From the NCBI GenBank assembly GCA_977018835.1, contig OZ361256.1, positions 7,006,001-7,070,000 of the forward strand: 64,000 nucleotides of DNA. The letters run 5' to 3'. The notes under the pieces are model-generated. The model saw only the letters and a program-made list of their open reading frames with translations. It ran no database searches and was not told where the DNA came from. A program made the translations under genes and the position numbers. Every line of letters starts with the position of its first letter. Within the stretch, counting starts at the first letter, position 1. The DNA comes from Minutocellus sp. GHC0000111. Its lineage: Eukaryota. This document shows, piece by piece, positions 22,653-34,560 of the stretch.

Positions 22653-25245
22653 TTACGAGGTTTCTTGCACTCCCGAGCTAGTCTTGGTGAAGAGCTTCCT
22701 GAGCTCATCTCCCATTCGCATGCTCAATAATTGATCTGGATTTGCCGCTTGCAAGCGTGCGAAATATTTCCCCTCAAGCTGTGTGCGGGTTCCAGTCACA
22801 ACCTGAGCGTCAAAGAGTGCACTTCGCTCATCGACAATGGCATCGCCGGTATCATGGGACTGGGGTCCTCCTTGCTGAGCCTCTTTCCACTCGTCAAGTA
22901 AAAGCTGTTACAACATTGGCAACTAAAACTACGCCGACAAGATGAAATCCAAGGAAGTATAGTCGAGAGAACTTGGTGCCACTTACCGCAAGGATGCCGT
23001 CTGCCTGAGTTGTCCAATTGTTGACCACTAACAAATTGAAAAGGACATTCATACCCGCCAGCAAGTCGTTGAAATTATTCTCCCAGTAATTATTTTCAGA
23101 AAAATCTGTGCCGCGCAACTTTTCCGAGAGAGAATTGCTAGGATCTCTTGTGATGAGACCACCAAACAATATCATGCCAAGAGAACAAAAAATGTACATG
23201 ATGGAAAAAAGAAATAGAAGGATTCTCTTCGCCGCTGGTAAAATGTCAATGAATGTACTTCCAATGACTTGAAATTGTTTCATAGCGACCAAAACCCTCA
23301 CTAATCGGAGGACGCGCGCCATTACAACAAATCGGATGAGTCGCGAGTCGCTGTACCGATTTGGATAGTACACATAACATGTTGAAACAAAATATAGAAC
23401 TGTAATGAATGCATCAAACAAGTTCCGGAAGGATTCCGAATACCGTTTCCAGCCGAGAACGAGAATTTTGACTCCCATTTCAACACAATAGATGACCGTG
23501 AAAGCTGTCTGAAACCTTTCCCATGGCGTATCGATGTATCCATCTTTGACATGCTCATCTTCGAAGGATGGTTCTCCTACTAATTGAGGGTAACTCTGAA
23601 TAAAAACAAAGACCGCATTCAATACCACAACGCCATCAATCAAATGCTCAAAAGTCTCCGATTTGATCCCCTCGGCAAAGGATTGAAAGGATTCCGAATG
23701 AAAAACGGAGGGGAAGTGACGCTCAAAAAATGTAGTATAGGCTGAGGCTCGTTCAAACTGGAGAAGCATCACTTTACAAAAGGACATGAATTCTCCTTCT
23801 GATATTCGATCTTCTCCACCCGAGTCTAGAATTGCGAATAAAAGCTCTGCTTCCTCTGCCGGAATATATCTAATTTGGGGGACGTCCTGATTTAGGACAA
23901 GGAAAACACCCATAATTGTTTCTCGATCCACCCACCCCTCTCCCCTTTCATCAAGTAGCTTGAATGCCTGCTGAAGATTCTGTTGTCGCAATTCCTTTAT
24001 TTTTGCTTTGCGCATGTCATCGTCGTTCTGATATGAATTCACAACGCTTGCCAGCACCACCCCCATGATGAAAAAGAATGAGATCACCATGAACGAAACA
24101 AAGTACAAAGCGGCCAGAGGATTCGCATTGTATGCTGGCATCATCACATCAGGATAGTTTGCCGTTGTCACCATAATCCATAACGTCCACATTGACTCTA
24201 TAAGATTGGAAAAGGATTCATCGCCTTCGGTTGTCTCGTAGAACATTACACATCCTACCCAACCATAGAATAAAATTACCACGAAAAGAATGAGCATGAT
24301 CGATGAAACTTCTGGTATTAAACGAAGGACCGTGCCCAACTCTCGCTGCATTAATTTTGACAGTGAAAATGTGATCAGAATTCGAAGGAATAGTGCACTC
24401 TTTCTTGATGTCCCCAACAATTGATGCGATATCATTCCTCCAATTTAGAGAGTCACCGAAAGGAAGCGAGTAATTCTCAACATTTTCGCCCCAAAATTAA
24501 TCTCTTTGTAACCAACAATATCAACGACACCAGATTCTTCTCGGTGGAGAAAGAAGTGGCGCCGGAGGCTCAGGCCATCCACTCCAAACCGAGCCACCAT
24601 CAGCGCGACAATTATTGTGATGCACGCCCACTCAATAATAAGACTTTGATCTACCGAAAGCAATGGTTTCATGAAACTAGGGTAGTAATCGACATCATCA
24701 CCATCGCCGAATGCCGGGGGACCACTCATGGAAAAGAGGGTAAAACACTCTCCATAGCCTTCAACGAACATAACTTCAACAGGATCGTAATCTCTGCACC
24801 AAAACGGAGGCTCTATTGCACTTAAAAGAACGAGCATCCAAACCGCTATCTTTTCCAGATAGTATACGGAACGCATGGTCAGGAACCAGCGGCAAGCTCT
24901 GCTGAAACCATTCAATAAGGGATTGTTTGCCCGTGAGTAGGGATCGTAATAGTCCACTCCCTCGAAAACAGCCTCGGTCATGTCAGCTGCAGTTCCGAGG
25001 ATCGCATCCCGAATGAGAAACGCAGCAGGATAAACTCCTGGATGACCGTCAGCCGTTCGCCGACGTTGGCTCTCTGTCCATTTCTCGGAAAGGAATCGGC
25101 CCAAACTCCGTCCAAAGGACGATCGCACAGAATTGCTCTCTTCTTCATTTGGATGCAATCCACCATCGGCAGCGGCAAATGACACACGGTTCTGCAGCTT
25201 CCTGCTTTTGTCGTCAAGTAAATTGCTCGTCTCCGATGTCATCAT
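22653..25245 (-). pseudogene. Two-pore channel, disrupted copy
   Basis: Relative to the intact copy at 48446-51052: TTA->TAA nonsense at 24445-24447, and 15 nt replaced by 1 nt (net -14, frameshift) near 22897. Confidence 0.8.
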
Positions 25246-25663
25246 TTATTTATTGCTGAGTTTGATTTCGCGGTTGCGCCAGCCATCGACGCACCGCCTC
25301 TGGCTACGTACATGAACGGCAGGGGAAGTTCTGCGGTATCTTCGATTGGCTACATACGACATAACTGCAGGGCAGGGGAAGTTCTGCCTTCTGCCTGCGG
25401 TATCTTCGCGATCGCAGCTTCGCAGCAAATAAAACCAAAATGGGGACATTGGTACAGACGAAACATAGTGTCAACTTTCTTCCTCAACATGACGACCAAA
25501 CGCATCCATCATCGCATCATACATTGTAGCACAGCAAAACTGCAAAGTTGCTTCCGATCAGAGTGTCCATGAAGAACTTTCTAGCCACTGGTACGTACTA
25601 GTACATGTAGCCAGAATTAAGAAATGTGTAAAATTATTACGTAGGAATTGCTTGAGCATTTTT

Positions 25664-27657
25664 TTAAAACTCGGCCGTGTACAAAAAACGGAGGACCCAT
25701 GGCATGGACAGTTGTGCCATAGTCAGGAAGAAAGGGCCGAGGAAGGGGATGGTCATCATCAGATCGAAATCGACCAGCAAGTCACTGCCCAACTGAGCAA
25801 ACCCTGAACAATCGCTGTTCGGATCACGCGGACGCGAGAGTACTTTCCGAGAGCCCACGGGATGTCCTTGGTGTGCGTCACGGTGCCCAGCTCTTCCCCC
25901 AATCGGTACCCATCCTCCGTGGATTGGCATCCTCCCTGCAGTTTGCAAAACATGAACAAAAGATGTGAGAATGTAATAAGGAATGAATTTATCAAATGTG
26001 CAAACACAAAGATAAAGAGACTTCCAAAACACCAGTACCGGCAAACTCACCTGACCCAAGTTGGGCATCATTGGATGTGCTGCATCTCCACAGATGGCAA
26101 CGGGACCCTTGGCCCAGGGACTGAGCAGCCTTTGCGGATCGACGGTGGTGAGAAGAGGAGCACCATCATACAAGTCACGTCTCTTGATGTCCTCCTCGGA
26201 GGAGGCGTTAATAAGCTCGAGGGCAAAGTCATCCCAAACATTGCCATCTTGATCTCCATCACCAGAGCAGGCAAACTCCTTCCTGAGACGAGTAAGCTTG
26301 GGCGTGGGATCCTCCGGGGTAGGCTCAGGATCAACACCCCCGGCAGGCTCGCGAATCAGGGCGAACCACTGCTGCCTTTCTCCGCCTCCATCGGTGAAGA
26401 CAAAGTACTTCTTCTCGCCGAGGAGGATCTGATACGACACATCCTCAATGTTGCTGGCACGATGAGGGGCCAGGGCAGCGTAGCACGTGAATCCCGAGTA
26501 TCGACGATCGGCCTTAGCGGCTACTCTGACGGTCTCTTGAGCCAACTTGCGGGCCTCGGCATCGTCCAGGGCACCACCGGCGGCTCCAGAGGCAGCAAAT
26601 CCACCAGCTCCGTCGTCCAAACCGTGAAGAGTCTTGCGAACCTGCGACCAGATACCATCGGCACCAACAAGGACGTCGGCGTATGCTTTGGTCCCATCCT
26701 CAAGAGTGGCACAAACTCCTCGACCGTCTCCCAAATCCTCAAAGGTTTGCACACGCGACTTGATGCGGACGGTGCCCTCGGGGACGCCATATTTGACCAA
26801 AATCTGCTGAATGACGGGCCTGTCAACGACGACGGTGGCCGGCAGACCAGCCTCCAGAGCGGGGCCAATAGTGTCGAATCGAACCAACCAGTCACCCTTG
26901 TCGTAAAGTCCAGCCAGTAGCCAATCTTGAGGCCGGAAACGCGATCGGCCGTCACAGTGCCCGCCGCCACGAGCTCCTCGTAGCACTGGGGATTGATCCG
27001 CTGGATGGCCCGGAGGGCGTTGGACTGGATCTGGATCGGACCACCGTACGGCGCATACGACGAGGCCTGCTCGAAGATGGCCACCTTCATCCCCTTGGCG
27101 TGACACGCCGCGGCCGTGACGAGGCCTGCCAATCCTCCGCCAGCGACCAGGACCGTCAAAGGATCGTCCTTGGTCACCGGCCGTCCTCCCTTGGGAGTGT
27201 CGCGGGGGGTCCTCCACCACGCCTCCTTGTCGGCCTCGCCAACCAGCATGTTGCGCAGAGCGGCGGCATCGGCCGAAGCCTCCTCGAATCGGCTGCGAAT
27301 GCGGTGCGTCCGCTTTTCGCTCTCGGCCTCGCGCTTGGGCGCCTCCGGCTGAGAAAGGACGGCCTTGACATAATCCGGCATGTCGATCTTGTTGTTGGGA
27401 TTGCCAGATCCCTCGGCCAGCCACGAGAACTGCGGCAGATCGGCCTTGACCTTGCGAAGGAAGGCGGCAGGTCCCTTGGACTCGGCCTGCTGGCCCGTTA
27501 CACCCAAAGCTGAGGGGCTGCTGCTACCACTGGAGGACGCCGAAGCATGGGATTGACGAAGGGGCAATGATGATGTCGATGGAGGAGCGAAAGCCAACAC
27601 ATCTTGTGCCAATGTCACGGCAGCAGCGGCGATCAGACAACCATTGGAGAATTTCAT
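25664..27657 (-). pseudogene. ZEP1: Zeaxanthin epoxidase 1, frameshifted copy (intron 25936-26050)
   Basis: Bipartite presequence VLA-FAP; motifs [38 protein letters not shown] and end RFLYTAEF. Lacks 16 nt (AAGAAGGGCAATAAGC) at ~26917 and 1 nt at ~25801 compared with arm 2. Confidence 0.8.
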
Positions 27658-27952
27658 TGTGCTTTGCTTCGGTTTTGGCTCTAAACAAAGATAGTACGTG
27701 CTAGGAATCGCTCGAGCAGGCTGATAACACTTCTATCGCGGCGTTGAAGTGTGGATATGCCATCGTGCTGTGCAAAGCGAGCATCGAAAATCGGCCGCTT
27801 CGTCATCTTTGTTGAAGTTGCGCGATCCCCCAAAAATGAAAAAGAAAGAAAAAAGAAAAAGATCAAAAGGGAGTCGCCACAAGCAGTTCGACCGCCGTTC
27901 GCGTATCGTTCGCATCATTCTGACTTCAATCATTCGAACGCAGGCAGCGACG

Positions 27953-29287
27953 ATGGCATCGACGAGCAAGCACCGGCGGCGTACCTTTTCCCTCGCCTCG
28001 TTCGTTCTGTCCGGAATATCGGTCGCAGGTGTGGAAGCGTCATCTGACTGTTCTCTTTCTTCCTCCTCCGCACTTCTTGGCGAAAGATTGCCGCCACATT
28101 CCCGCCGTGGTGGCAGTGCAGCTGTTGGCTGCTCCTTTGGTGGCTTTAGCCGCAGCTTACACGTACCGAGTGCGTTTCCTTGGAATATTCGCGGCGGCGG
28201 TGGTGACGATGAAGGCGACGACAACGAGAACTCGAGCAGTGACGATGAGAATAATGAAGAGGAGGAGGACTGGAGACTAGAACTGCCGCAGAGCCCTTAC
28301 GATTATGTGTCACCGTCCGCATTAGATTCGTACGGTGGGTCTCCACAGATTCGCAATGCTCATCGAGCTGCCGTCGGACCGTACGGGGGCACCATTGTCG
28401 TGGCAGCCGTTGCAACAGGGCCGAGAGATAGCCAGGGTGGCAACAACGATGCCTCGGTGATTTGCTGCTCCCTCCAACGAGTGCGGAAAGGGCTTCGATC
28501 AACTCGTCTTGGCAGCAGCGCCGATGACAGTGGTGGGAGCAGGGCCATCCATGTCGTATCATGTGCAGATTCTGTCCCTGAACTTGTGGATGACGTAAAG
28601 ACCTCTTCTACGACTGCCATTTCGACCCCTGCAAACTCGGTCGTTGCTTTGGCAGCGAGTGGTCTGAAACCCGATCTCAATCTTTTGCTGACGCTGATCC
28701 GAACAAGGTCGGTGGAGGTTTGGGACCGATACGACGTCCCTCCTGGACCAATTGATGTGGCCGAATCGATAAGTCAAGCATTTCTATCCTTCCTGGGATA
28801 TGACCGGGACAAGGAAGCTGGCGATGGGATTGGTCCCCTAAGAGATGATAACAATGCTGGGGATAATGGGAGGGATAATAAATTTCAAATGTCGCGACCC
28901 TTTGGATTGGAAGTAATGGTGCTTGGAGTTGGGTGGAATGGTGGTCAGGATATTAATGGGTCGTCCATATTATCAGTTGGACCATCGGGGATGGTACGGG
29001 GTCCCTTCGTTGCTCATGCAATTGGAAGAGGCCACGAGCTCGCCAATAACTTGCTCAAGAAAGAGTGGACGGTAGGTATGGACGAGGCCAGTGTGCGCAG
29101 ACTGTGCATAGATGCAATCAAGAAGGTTGCAGAAGAAGAAATGGGAATTGCCCTGAACGACGACGGTGACGAGGAAGAGGGGGGTGGCGCTATGAAAAGT
29201 TTGGATGGTTGGGAGATTGTTTGCGAAACGTTGTCGTCGGCTGAAGGTGGCGGAATACACTCGACGCGATATGCTTTGGCCAGATAG
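27953..29287 (+). CDS. Divergent 20S proteasome alpha-like subunit with signal peptide and IRGG motif
   Basis: SPYDYVSPSALDSYGGSPQIRNAHRAA (alpha N-terminal signature-like), LAASGLKPD, MSRPFGLEVMVLG, VGPSG and AHAIGRG. N-terminal FSLASFVLSGISVAGVEA. Confidence 0.7.
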   Translation: MASTSKHRRRTFSLASFVLSGISVAGVEASSDCSLSSSSALLGERLPPHSRRGGSAAVGCSFGGFSRSLHVPSAFPWNIRGGGGDDEGDDNENSSSDDENNEEEEDWRLELPQSPYDYVSPSALDSYGGSPQIRNAHRAAVGPYGGTIVVAAVATGPRDSQGGNNDASVICCSLQRVRKGLRSTRLGSSADDSGGSRAIHVVSCADSVPELVDDVKTSSTTAISTPANSVVALAASGLKPDLNLLLTLIRTRSVEVWDRYDVPPGPIDVAESISQAFLSFLGYDRDKEAGDGIGPLRDDNNAGDNGRDNKFQMSRPFGLEVMVLGVGWNGGQDINGSSILSVGPSGMVRGPFVAHAIGRGHELANNLLKKEWTVGMDEASVRRLCIDAIKKVAEEEMGIALNDDGDEEEGGGAMKSLDGWEIVCETLSSAEGGGIHSTRYALAR

Positions 29288-29670
29288 CATTGGGAGAGCT
29301 GCTGCTGGGTATGGGGGCTCTCATTATCAAGTAGATATATCTTTTAGTACTGTAGAGTCTAGATGTGCCAAAGCATCGCGACAGCGGAACAGCCCACACA
29401 TCTCGATCACATCTATCGCACCGCATCGGCCACCAGCCTAGCTAGTGAGATCAAAATGACGTATCAGAAAATGAAGATTAGAGATGGCCCATACCATGGC
29501 ATCGCCATAAGAGCGCAAGAGCGCCCAGCGCCCGAACACCGGCCGCACCGCCCCACGGCTCTTGCTTGCCGCTTGGGCCGTGAGTATTGCTGGTCATTAT
29601 TTATTTGCGGAGCCAAACGCGCAGTGGCCTTTGGCATTCCCTTTTCAGTACGTTGCAACGAAGCAGTAGG

Positions 29671-31431
29671 ATGCCTCTTGTAACCAATTTAGATTCGGAC
29701 GACGAGGGTTTGCTTGAGCTCGTCGATGGTCACGAAATTATTATCAGGAATAGGTCACAAACCAAACTTGATGTCCTGGATGATCTCGACACAGATAGTG
29801 ATGGCGAGGATCATGGTTCGAACCGCGCTGGTAACGGTGTGCTGACATCATCATCATCAAAGCTGGGAACGCCGGGGAAGAGGCGCCTCTCAACTGCTGC
29901 TAATCGAAGAATGAGCATGGGCTCTGTCGCGACATATGGCTCGATGCCAGAAGAGTACTCTTTTGATCATGTCGGCCTTGACGGAAGGCATACCACAACC
30001 ATGCATCAGCCAGTTTCGGTTTCGACGACGAGCGGCGCATTGAAAAGTGGCGGTCAGAAAGTGATTTGTGAAATGGATTCGGTTGCCCAAGTCGATAAGA
30101 ATCACAGACGAAGCAGTCAAAATAGCGATGCCGGCAGCAAATCTAGTCGCGATATCTCGGTCGCTTCCCTTGGCACTGCTCCTAGCTACCACGCAGGGAA
30201 GGGGCCTTACATTAGGAAAGGTTACGGAGGAGCACTAATAGAAGATGCATCGATGGAATCGGGGTCCATTTTAAGTCCATATCATGCGGGTCAAGGGCCA
30301 TACATCCTGGCACCTGCGGGGTCGACATCGAAATTGAAGAAGCAACAGAAATCATCACGGTCTGACAAGAAGTCGAATTCACCAACAGATGTGACAGTGA
30401 AAAAGAGTGATGTGACAGGGAAACAGAATAGTCATCGATCGGATACGAAGAAAAGTTCACGATCGCAAAAGCACTCATCAGGTGAACGGAGTCGGCGAGG
30501 TCGGCCAAAGACATCGAGTATCGCGATACAGACTGAAATCAGTGGCGAACATATCGACGAGATGCAATCCAAAATAGAATCGCAAGATGCAGAATTGCAT
30601 GAAGCTGCAAAAATTGAAAATGAGAAGGATAGTGCAGCCGATGAGGCTGTCCATAGTCTTGATTTGGAGAAGGAGGAAGAAGAAGAAGATGAGGACCGAG
30701 CAGCCTTGTTGGAACAAGAAGTTGTCGAGATGAAACTACAACTTGCACAGGCTCAGGCCGACTTACAGGAGGCACATTTACAAATTCGTCGCATTACTAA
30801 GGAGCGGGACGAGGCGCTATCCATGAAGGATGGTGCTGACCGGGCCTGTGAAGATCTACGGAGGGCGGTGGAGGAAATGCAGGACGATTCCCGAAGGGAG
30901 CGATTAAAAGATCAAATGCAGGGAACGAGCAGTAGACACGTATTGCAGAAGCGAACTTCTTTGACACCGCAATCTGCGGAGAGCAGCCTTCAAGGATCGA
31001 AAAGTGGTTGGCGGCGTTCATCCATAACAAGCACTGGCATGTTTGGAGGTAGTAGCAGTTACTTTCGTCGGGGGAGTTATGCATCAAGTCGAGGAAGTAT
31101 GACTTCTCACAACAACTCCATCGGAAACTTATCTGGGTTGTTAGATGTACAAAATTTATCAGAATCGGATGCAGAAGAGCTGGTGGGCACTCGTGGGACG
31201 GGCGGTAATTTGAAGTTGGGTCCGCTTAAGCGTGACGTGGTCCAGCAGGCTCTGCTGGATGGTGGAAGCAAAGCACCTGATAATTTGGAGAAGAATGGGT
31301 CAGGCAGCGAGCAAGAAGTTAACGACGACGATCCCTTTGCTACTGTTTACAACAAGGCCAGTAGTGAAGATGAGGAGGATTCGGATAAGAAAAGGAACGG
31401 TCCTTTTGGATTTGGTTTGATGCGAAGATGA
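29671..31431 (+). CDS. Hypothetical Ser-rich coiled-coil protein
   Basis: Long ORF with heptads LEQEVVEMKLQLAQAQADLQEAHLQ. Confidence 0.7.
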   Translation: MPLVTNLDSDDEGLLELVDGHEIIIRNRSQTKLDVLDDLDTDSDGEDHGSNRAGNGVLTSSSSKLGTPGKRRLSTAANRRMSMGSVATYGSMPEEYSFDHVGLDGRHTTTMHQPVSVSTTSGALKSGGQKVICEMDSVAQVDKNHRRSSQNSDAGSKSSRDISVASLGTAPSYHAGKGPYIRKGYGGALIEDASMESGSILSPYHAGQGPYILAPAGSTSKLKKQQKSSRSDKKSNSPTDVTVKKSDVTGKQNSHRSDTKKSSRSQKHSSGERSRRGRPKTSSIAIQTEISGEHIDEMQSKIESQDAELHEAAKIENEKDSAADEAVHSLDLEKEEEEEDEDRAALLEQEVVEMKLQLAQAQADLQEAHLQIRRITKERDEALSMKDGADRACEDLRRAVEEMQDDSRRERLKDQMQGTSSRHVLQKRTSLTPQSAESSLQGSKSGWRRSSITSTGMFGGSSSYFRRGSYASSRGSMTSHNNSIGNLSGLLDVQNLSESDAEELVGTRGTGGNLKLGPLKRDVVQQALLDGGSKAPDNLEKNGSGSEQEVNDDDPFATVYNKASSEDEEDSDKKRNGPFGFGLMRR

Positions 31432-31552
31432 TCATAAGGATAGGAATTCCATTGCTACTCTTCCGTCTACAACGTACGAAGCTAGACACAAGTGTTGGCG
31501 TAGCTACTTGGCTACGCATAGAGGCACTTTGCAAATGAACATAAATTTCTGA

Positions 31553-32371
31553 TCAAAAGAGTCCAACTTCCTTCTTTTTCGCATTCCGTTTCCAGGTGGG
31601 GAGTGATGAAAAAGCCACTTTATCCATGCCAAATGTAGAATCAAATTCTTCATCTGACAACGAAAAGTCTTTCTTCGCAGGATCGACTCTCGATGGGAGA
31701 TCTTGTGCATCTTTGAGGGCTGAGTATGGGATAAATCCTGCATCTGATATGTGGAGCGACTTTACACCTGTCTCACCGAGTACATCATTAGATTCATCGT
31801 GCGCACCATTGGCTGTTGATACAGACGTTGATTTTTCTTCAAAAACAGGAGCATGTCCTGGTCTTGTGTCATTCGAGGGCCTATTTCTACTACCAGTAGG
31901 AGGTGGCAGCTTCCCACCGTTGTTTTCATTTCCAACGCCACCTCCCGCTGAACATGATAGGTCAGCCTCGGTTATTCCAGGTTTCATTTCTATCTCCACA
32001 TCGCAGCCCTTTAGAGCGTTCAAGACACCATTTTTATACATGCTCGCTCGTCCCTTCTGCATGATGGGGGTTCCCTCTGCTACATGAAAGAATGATACGA
32101 ATCGGCCACTCGATAGACGGCATCCACCAAAGCTGGCCATGCCTTTGGGTAGGGCGGCGGAGCAGGCACCAACTCCACCGCATCCTTTATGAAGTGTCGT
32201 AATGTCCGTTTTGCTGCTGCCCGCATAACCAGCTATCAACCAGTCGACGTCCAGATTCTTGTCGTCGCGAACTTCATCCCACGTCTCGGCCACAATTGGC
32301 AACACGTTGACCCCTGACGACTTCTTGACGCCACCGCTTCGTGGATCTGTTTGCAATGTGCCCGCTATCAT
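31553..32371 (-). CDS. Coactosin-like ADF-H domain + C-terminal villin headpiece protein
   Basis: N-terminal AETWDEVRDDKN-DVDWLIAGY...GCGGV...RFVSFFHV...MQKGRAS, and C-terminal LSDEEFDSTFGMDKVAFSSLPTWKRNAKKKEVGLF. Confidence 0.85.
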   Translation of the reverse strand: MIAGTLQTDPRSGGVKKSSGVNVLPIVAETWDEVRDDKNLDVDWLIAGYAGSSKTDITTLHKGCGGVGACSAALPKGMASFGGCRLSSGRFVSFFHVAEGTPIMQKGRASMYKNGVLNALKGCDVEIEMKPGITEADLSCSAGGGVGNENNGGKLPPPTGSRNRPSNDTRPGHAPVFEEKSTSVSTANGAHDESNDVLGETGVKSLHISDAGFIPYSALKDAQDLPSRVDPAKKDFSLSDEEFDSTFGMDKVAFSSLPTWKRNAKKKEVGLF

Positions 32372-32479
32372 GGTTCGCCTTTGGCAGCAACGCAAATAGA
32401 GGCAAGGGGCATAAACCGATGTCGATGTCGTTGACGGACAGACGCAGTTTATTTAGTTAGTTGGCTTTCGAAGTGAGCT

Positions 32480-34560
32480 GGCACAAAATGTGTGCTGCAA
32501 ACACAGCACCATCTGCCAGCCGGATGACTCACATACTTTTGGTCGCACTTTCGGTGGCCGGCCGGCGCGCGAAGCAACCGACCGGCGCGCCCAACGCGAG
32601 CCACCATGGCGGCAAAAATTCAAATTGCCGCCGCTACGTGCAGAACGAAGGCGATATCTCGCGCTGGTGTGGGAGAATTACGGCACGAGACCAACCAGGC
32701 ACTCCCGACATCCTGGTGATATTCCCGTTGGTCTCGATCCACAATTCTCCATGAGCAAAAAAAACAACGGCCGCAATCCCGCGGTCAACACCGCAGACAG
32801 AGTTGCGGTGCAGGACGCCCTGGCTGAACTGCTCGTCCGTCTTCGCAGAAAGGAACTTCATTACTACAATTTCATCGGCAACAACAACGACTCCTTGATG
32901 AATGTGTTGGGATGCAGTCCCATCATGTACGGCGCCGTCATGCACACTGCGGGCATCTTGGGTTTGAAGAAGAAGAAACACGAAGACTGCGATGTGTTTT
33001 TTGTGAGGACAGACAACCAGAATGGATGGGATGAAATGGCATCAAGACACTGCCTTGCCGACGACGTTCAGCGAACCCCACACAAAAAGAGCATGTTTGT
33101 TCGCCTCGGTTCTGTCAATCCTCGTGCAGCCGACGCTCTCCATGATGATGGATGGATGGCTTTCGACATGGTCACGGTCGAGCAACAACTTCGCCTCGAA
33201 ATGCCGCCGCCGCGGCTCAATTTGACGAAGGCATGTAATGCATTCCTCAAGTCGGTCGCACCACATATGTCGGTGGGATATGCGGCGATGGACTACGAAA
33301 TCAACAGGCAGATGTTGCTCGAGGCCCAGAAGTTCCCTGGTGGGTGTAATGGCCAGGACGATGGGTGGGACAATGACGACGATGTTGAGACGGTGGGCAC
33401 CCTGACCACGACGGAGGCCGGCGAGATCAGTGAGGACGATGACGACGAAGACGAGGACTGTGTGCCCTGTTGTGAGGACGAAGCTGACATTGCAAGAGAG
33501 AGGACGCTACACATGAAGCACACATGCAGCAGTGCTTTGAGAAGAATCGTCAGAAGCACGGTGATGGCGAGCCAGAGATGGGAGCTGTCGATGATGCCGA
33601 GGATGACGATGCCCCTCACTTCCATTTCCTGAAAAAGGCCGGCATTGAGGCGGCCGACTCAGGTAAAATAAGGGCAGTGCTGGCAGAATGCTGGAGAGCT
33701 TTATCTGTTAATATTTCTGATGGCAACAACAAGAAGAAACCAAGGACAACAGAGTTCATCCACCATAACACCTCCACCAAAGGAACTCTCCTAGAGCACA
33801 ATCGCGAGGAAGATGGCATGACGGATGACGACATCAAAGAGCTCTGCAAAGCTTGCTCTAATTTGCTCCACACTCTTGACGCAACATGTTCCAGGTTTCT
33901 GAAATGGCACATGAAATGGGATGATGAGGCAAAGAAGGCTGTGAGAGAGCTTGAAGCATTGATTGCAAGTGCCCAAAAGCAAGCACGGGCAATCGGCATT
34001 AGCACAACGCCCAAGTGGCACTTACTCGAAGATCACATCTTGGACCAACACATTTGGCTAGTGAAGAATGGATGGGGCGGCATCTGTTGGCTCGACGAAT
34101 CGTTTGTAGAGCGAGCCCACCAAGAGGGCATTAAGGAAGATTGTCGGACTCAGGGCGTCAAGGGATATGAGGCCCAACAGACGGCGCAGTTCAAGGCTGA
34201 GGAGAGGGCATCCAATCCAAAGGTCGAGGAGAGGCGGGAGCGAAACTCTCGGGTGGCAAGAACAAGGAAAAGGACAAGGACCGAAGCTGTTAAAGCAGAA
34301 ACTGATGACAAGCGCCAACAAATGATCATGATGGCCACCGATGGAGATGAGGATGTAGAGATGGGAGCAGGGCATGTATAAAATTAGAAAATGAAATTAC
34401 ACTGCTACTGCTACACAACAACAAATGAGTTGCACAATCCAACTTTTACAAACAGTGTCGCGATTGAGCAAAAAAGTAAACAGTACACCCAAACAAACAC
34501 ATCACGTCCTTCTTAACTCACCCATTTATCTCCCAGACCAAAAAGTCCCTTTGTCGGGTT
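32480..34560 (+). mobile_element. Degenerate, internally deleted DNA transposon relic (ORF remnants 32751-34381); boundaries approximate
   Basis: C-terminal TPKWHLLEDH...GGICWLDESFVERAHQ resembles the H-x4-H zinc + catalytic Glu region of Transib/RAG1-related transposases. Frameshift at ~33525; TpA-poor composition. Confidence 0.6.

Larger units (their letters stand above)
10318..27254. repeat. Arm 1 of a ~17 kb inverted duplication (partner 46421-62597)
   Basis: The same nine genes occur in mirror order with near-identical DNA, including introns and intergenic spacers. 27254 maps to 46421 and 10318 to 62597. Confidence 0.97.

Noticed and set aside
25318..25408. Direct repeat GGCAGGGGAAGTTCTGC...GGTATCTTCG upstream of TPC, considered as a CRISPR-like or regulatory array
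   Set aside because: Only two units in a eukaryotic context; a simple local duplication.
10427..29287. Functional gene cluster (plastid/organelle proteins, amine oxidase, ZEP1)
   Set aside because: The genes have unrelated functions and mixed orientation, which is ordinary compact diatom gene order.
32533..34549. Putative TIRs of the central transposon (ACTTTTGGTC / GACCAAAAAGT); CCAGACCAAAAA also occurs at ~62655
   Set aside because: Matches are only 10-12 nt with no TSD, so they cannot be distinguished from chance.
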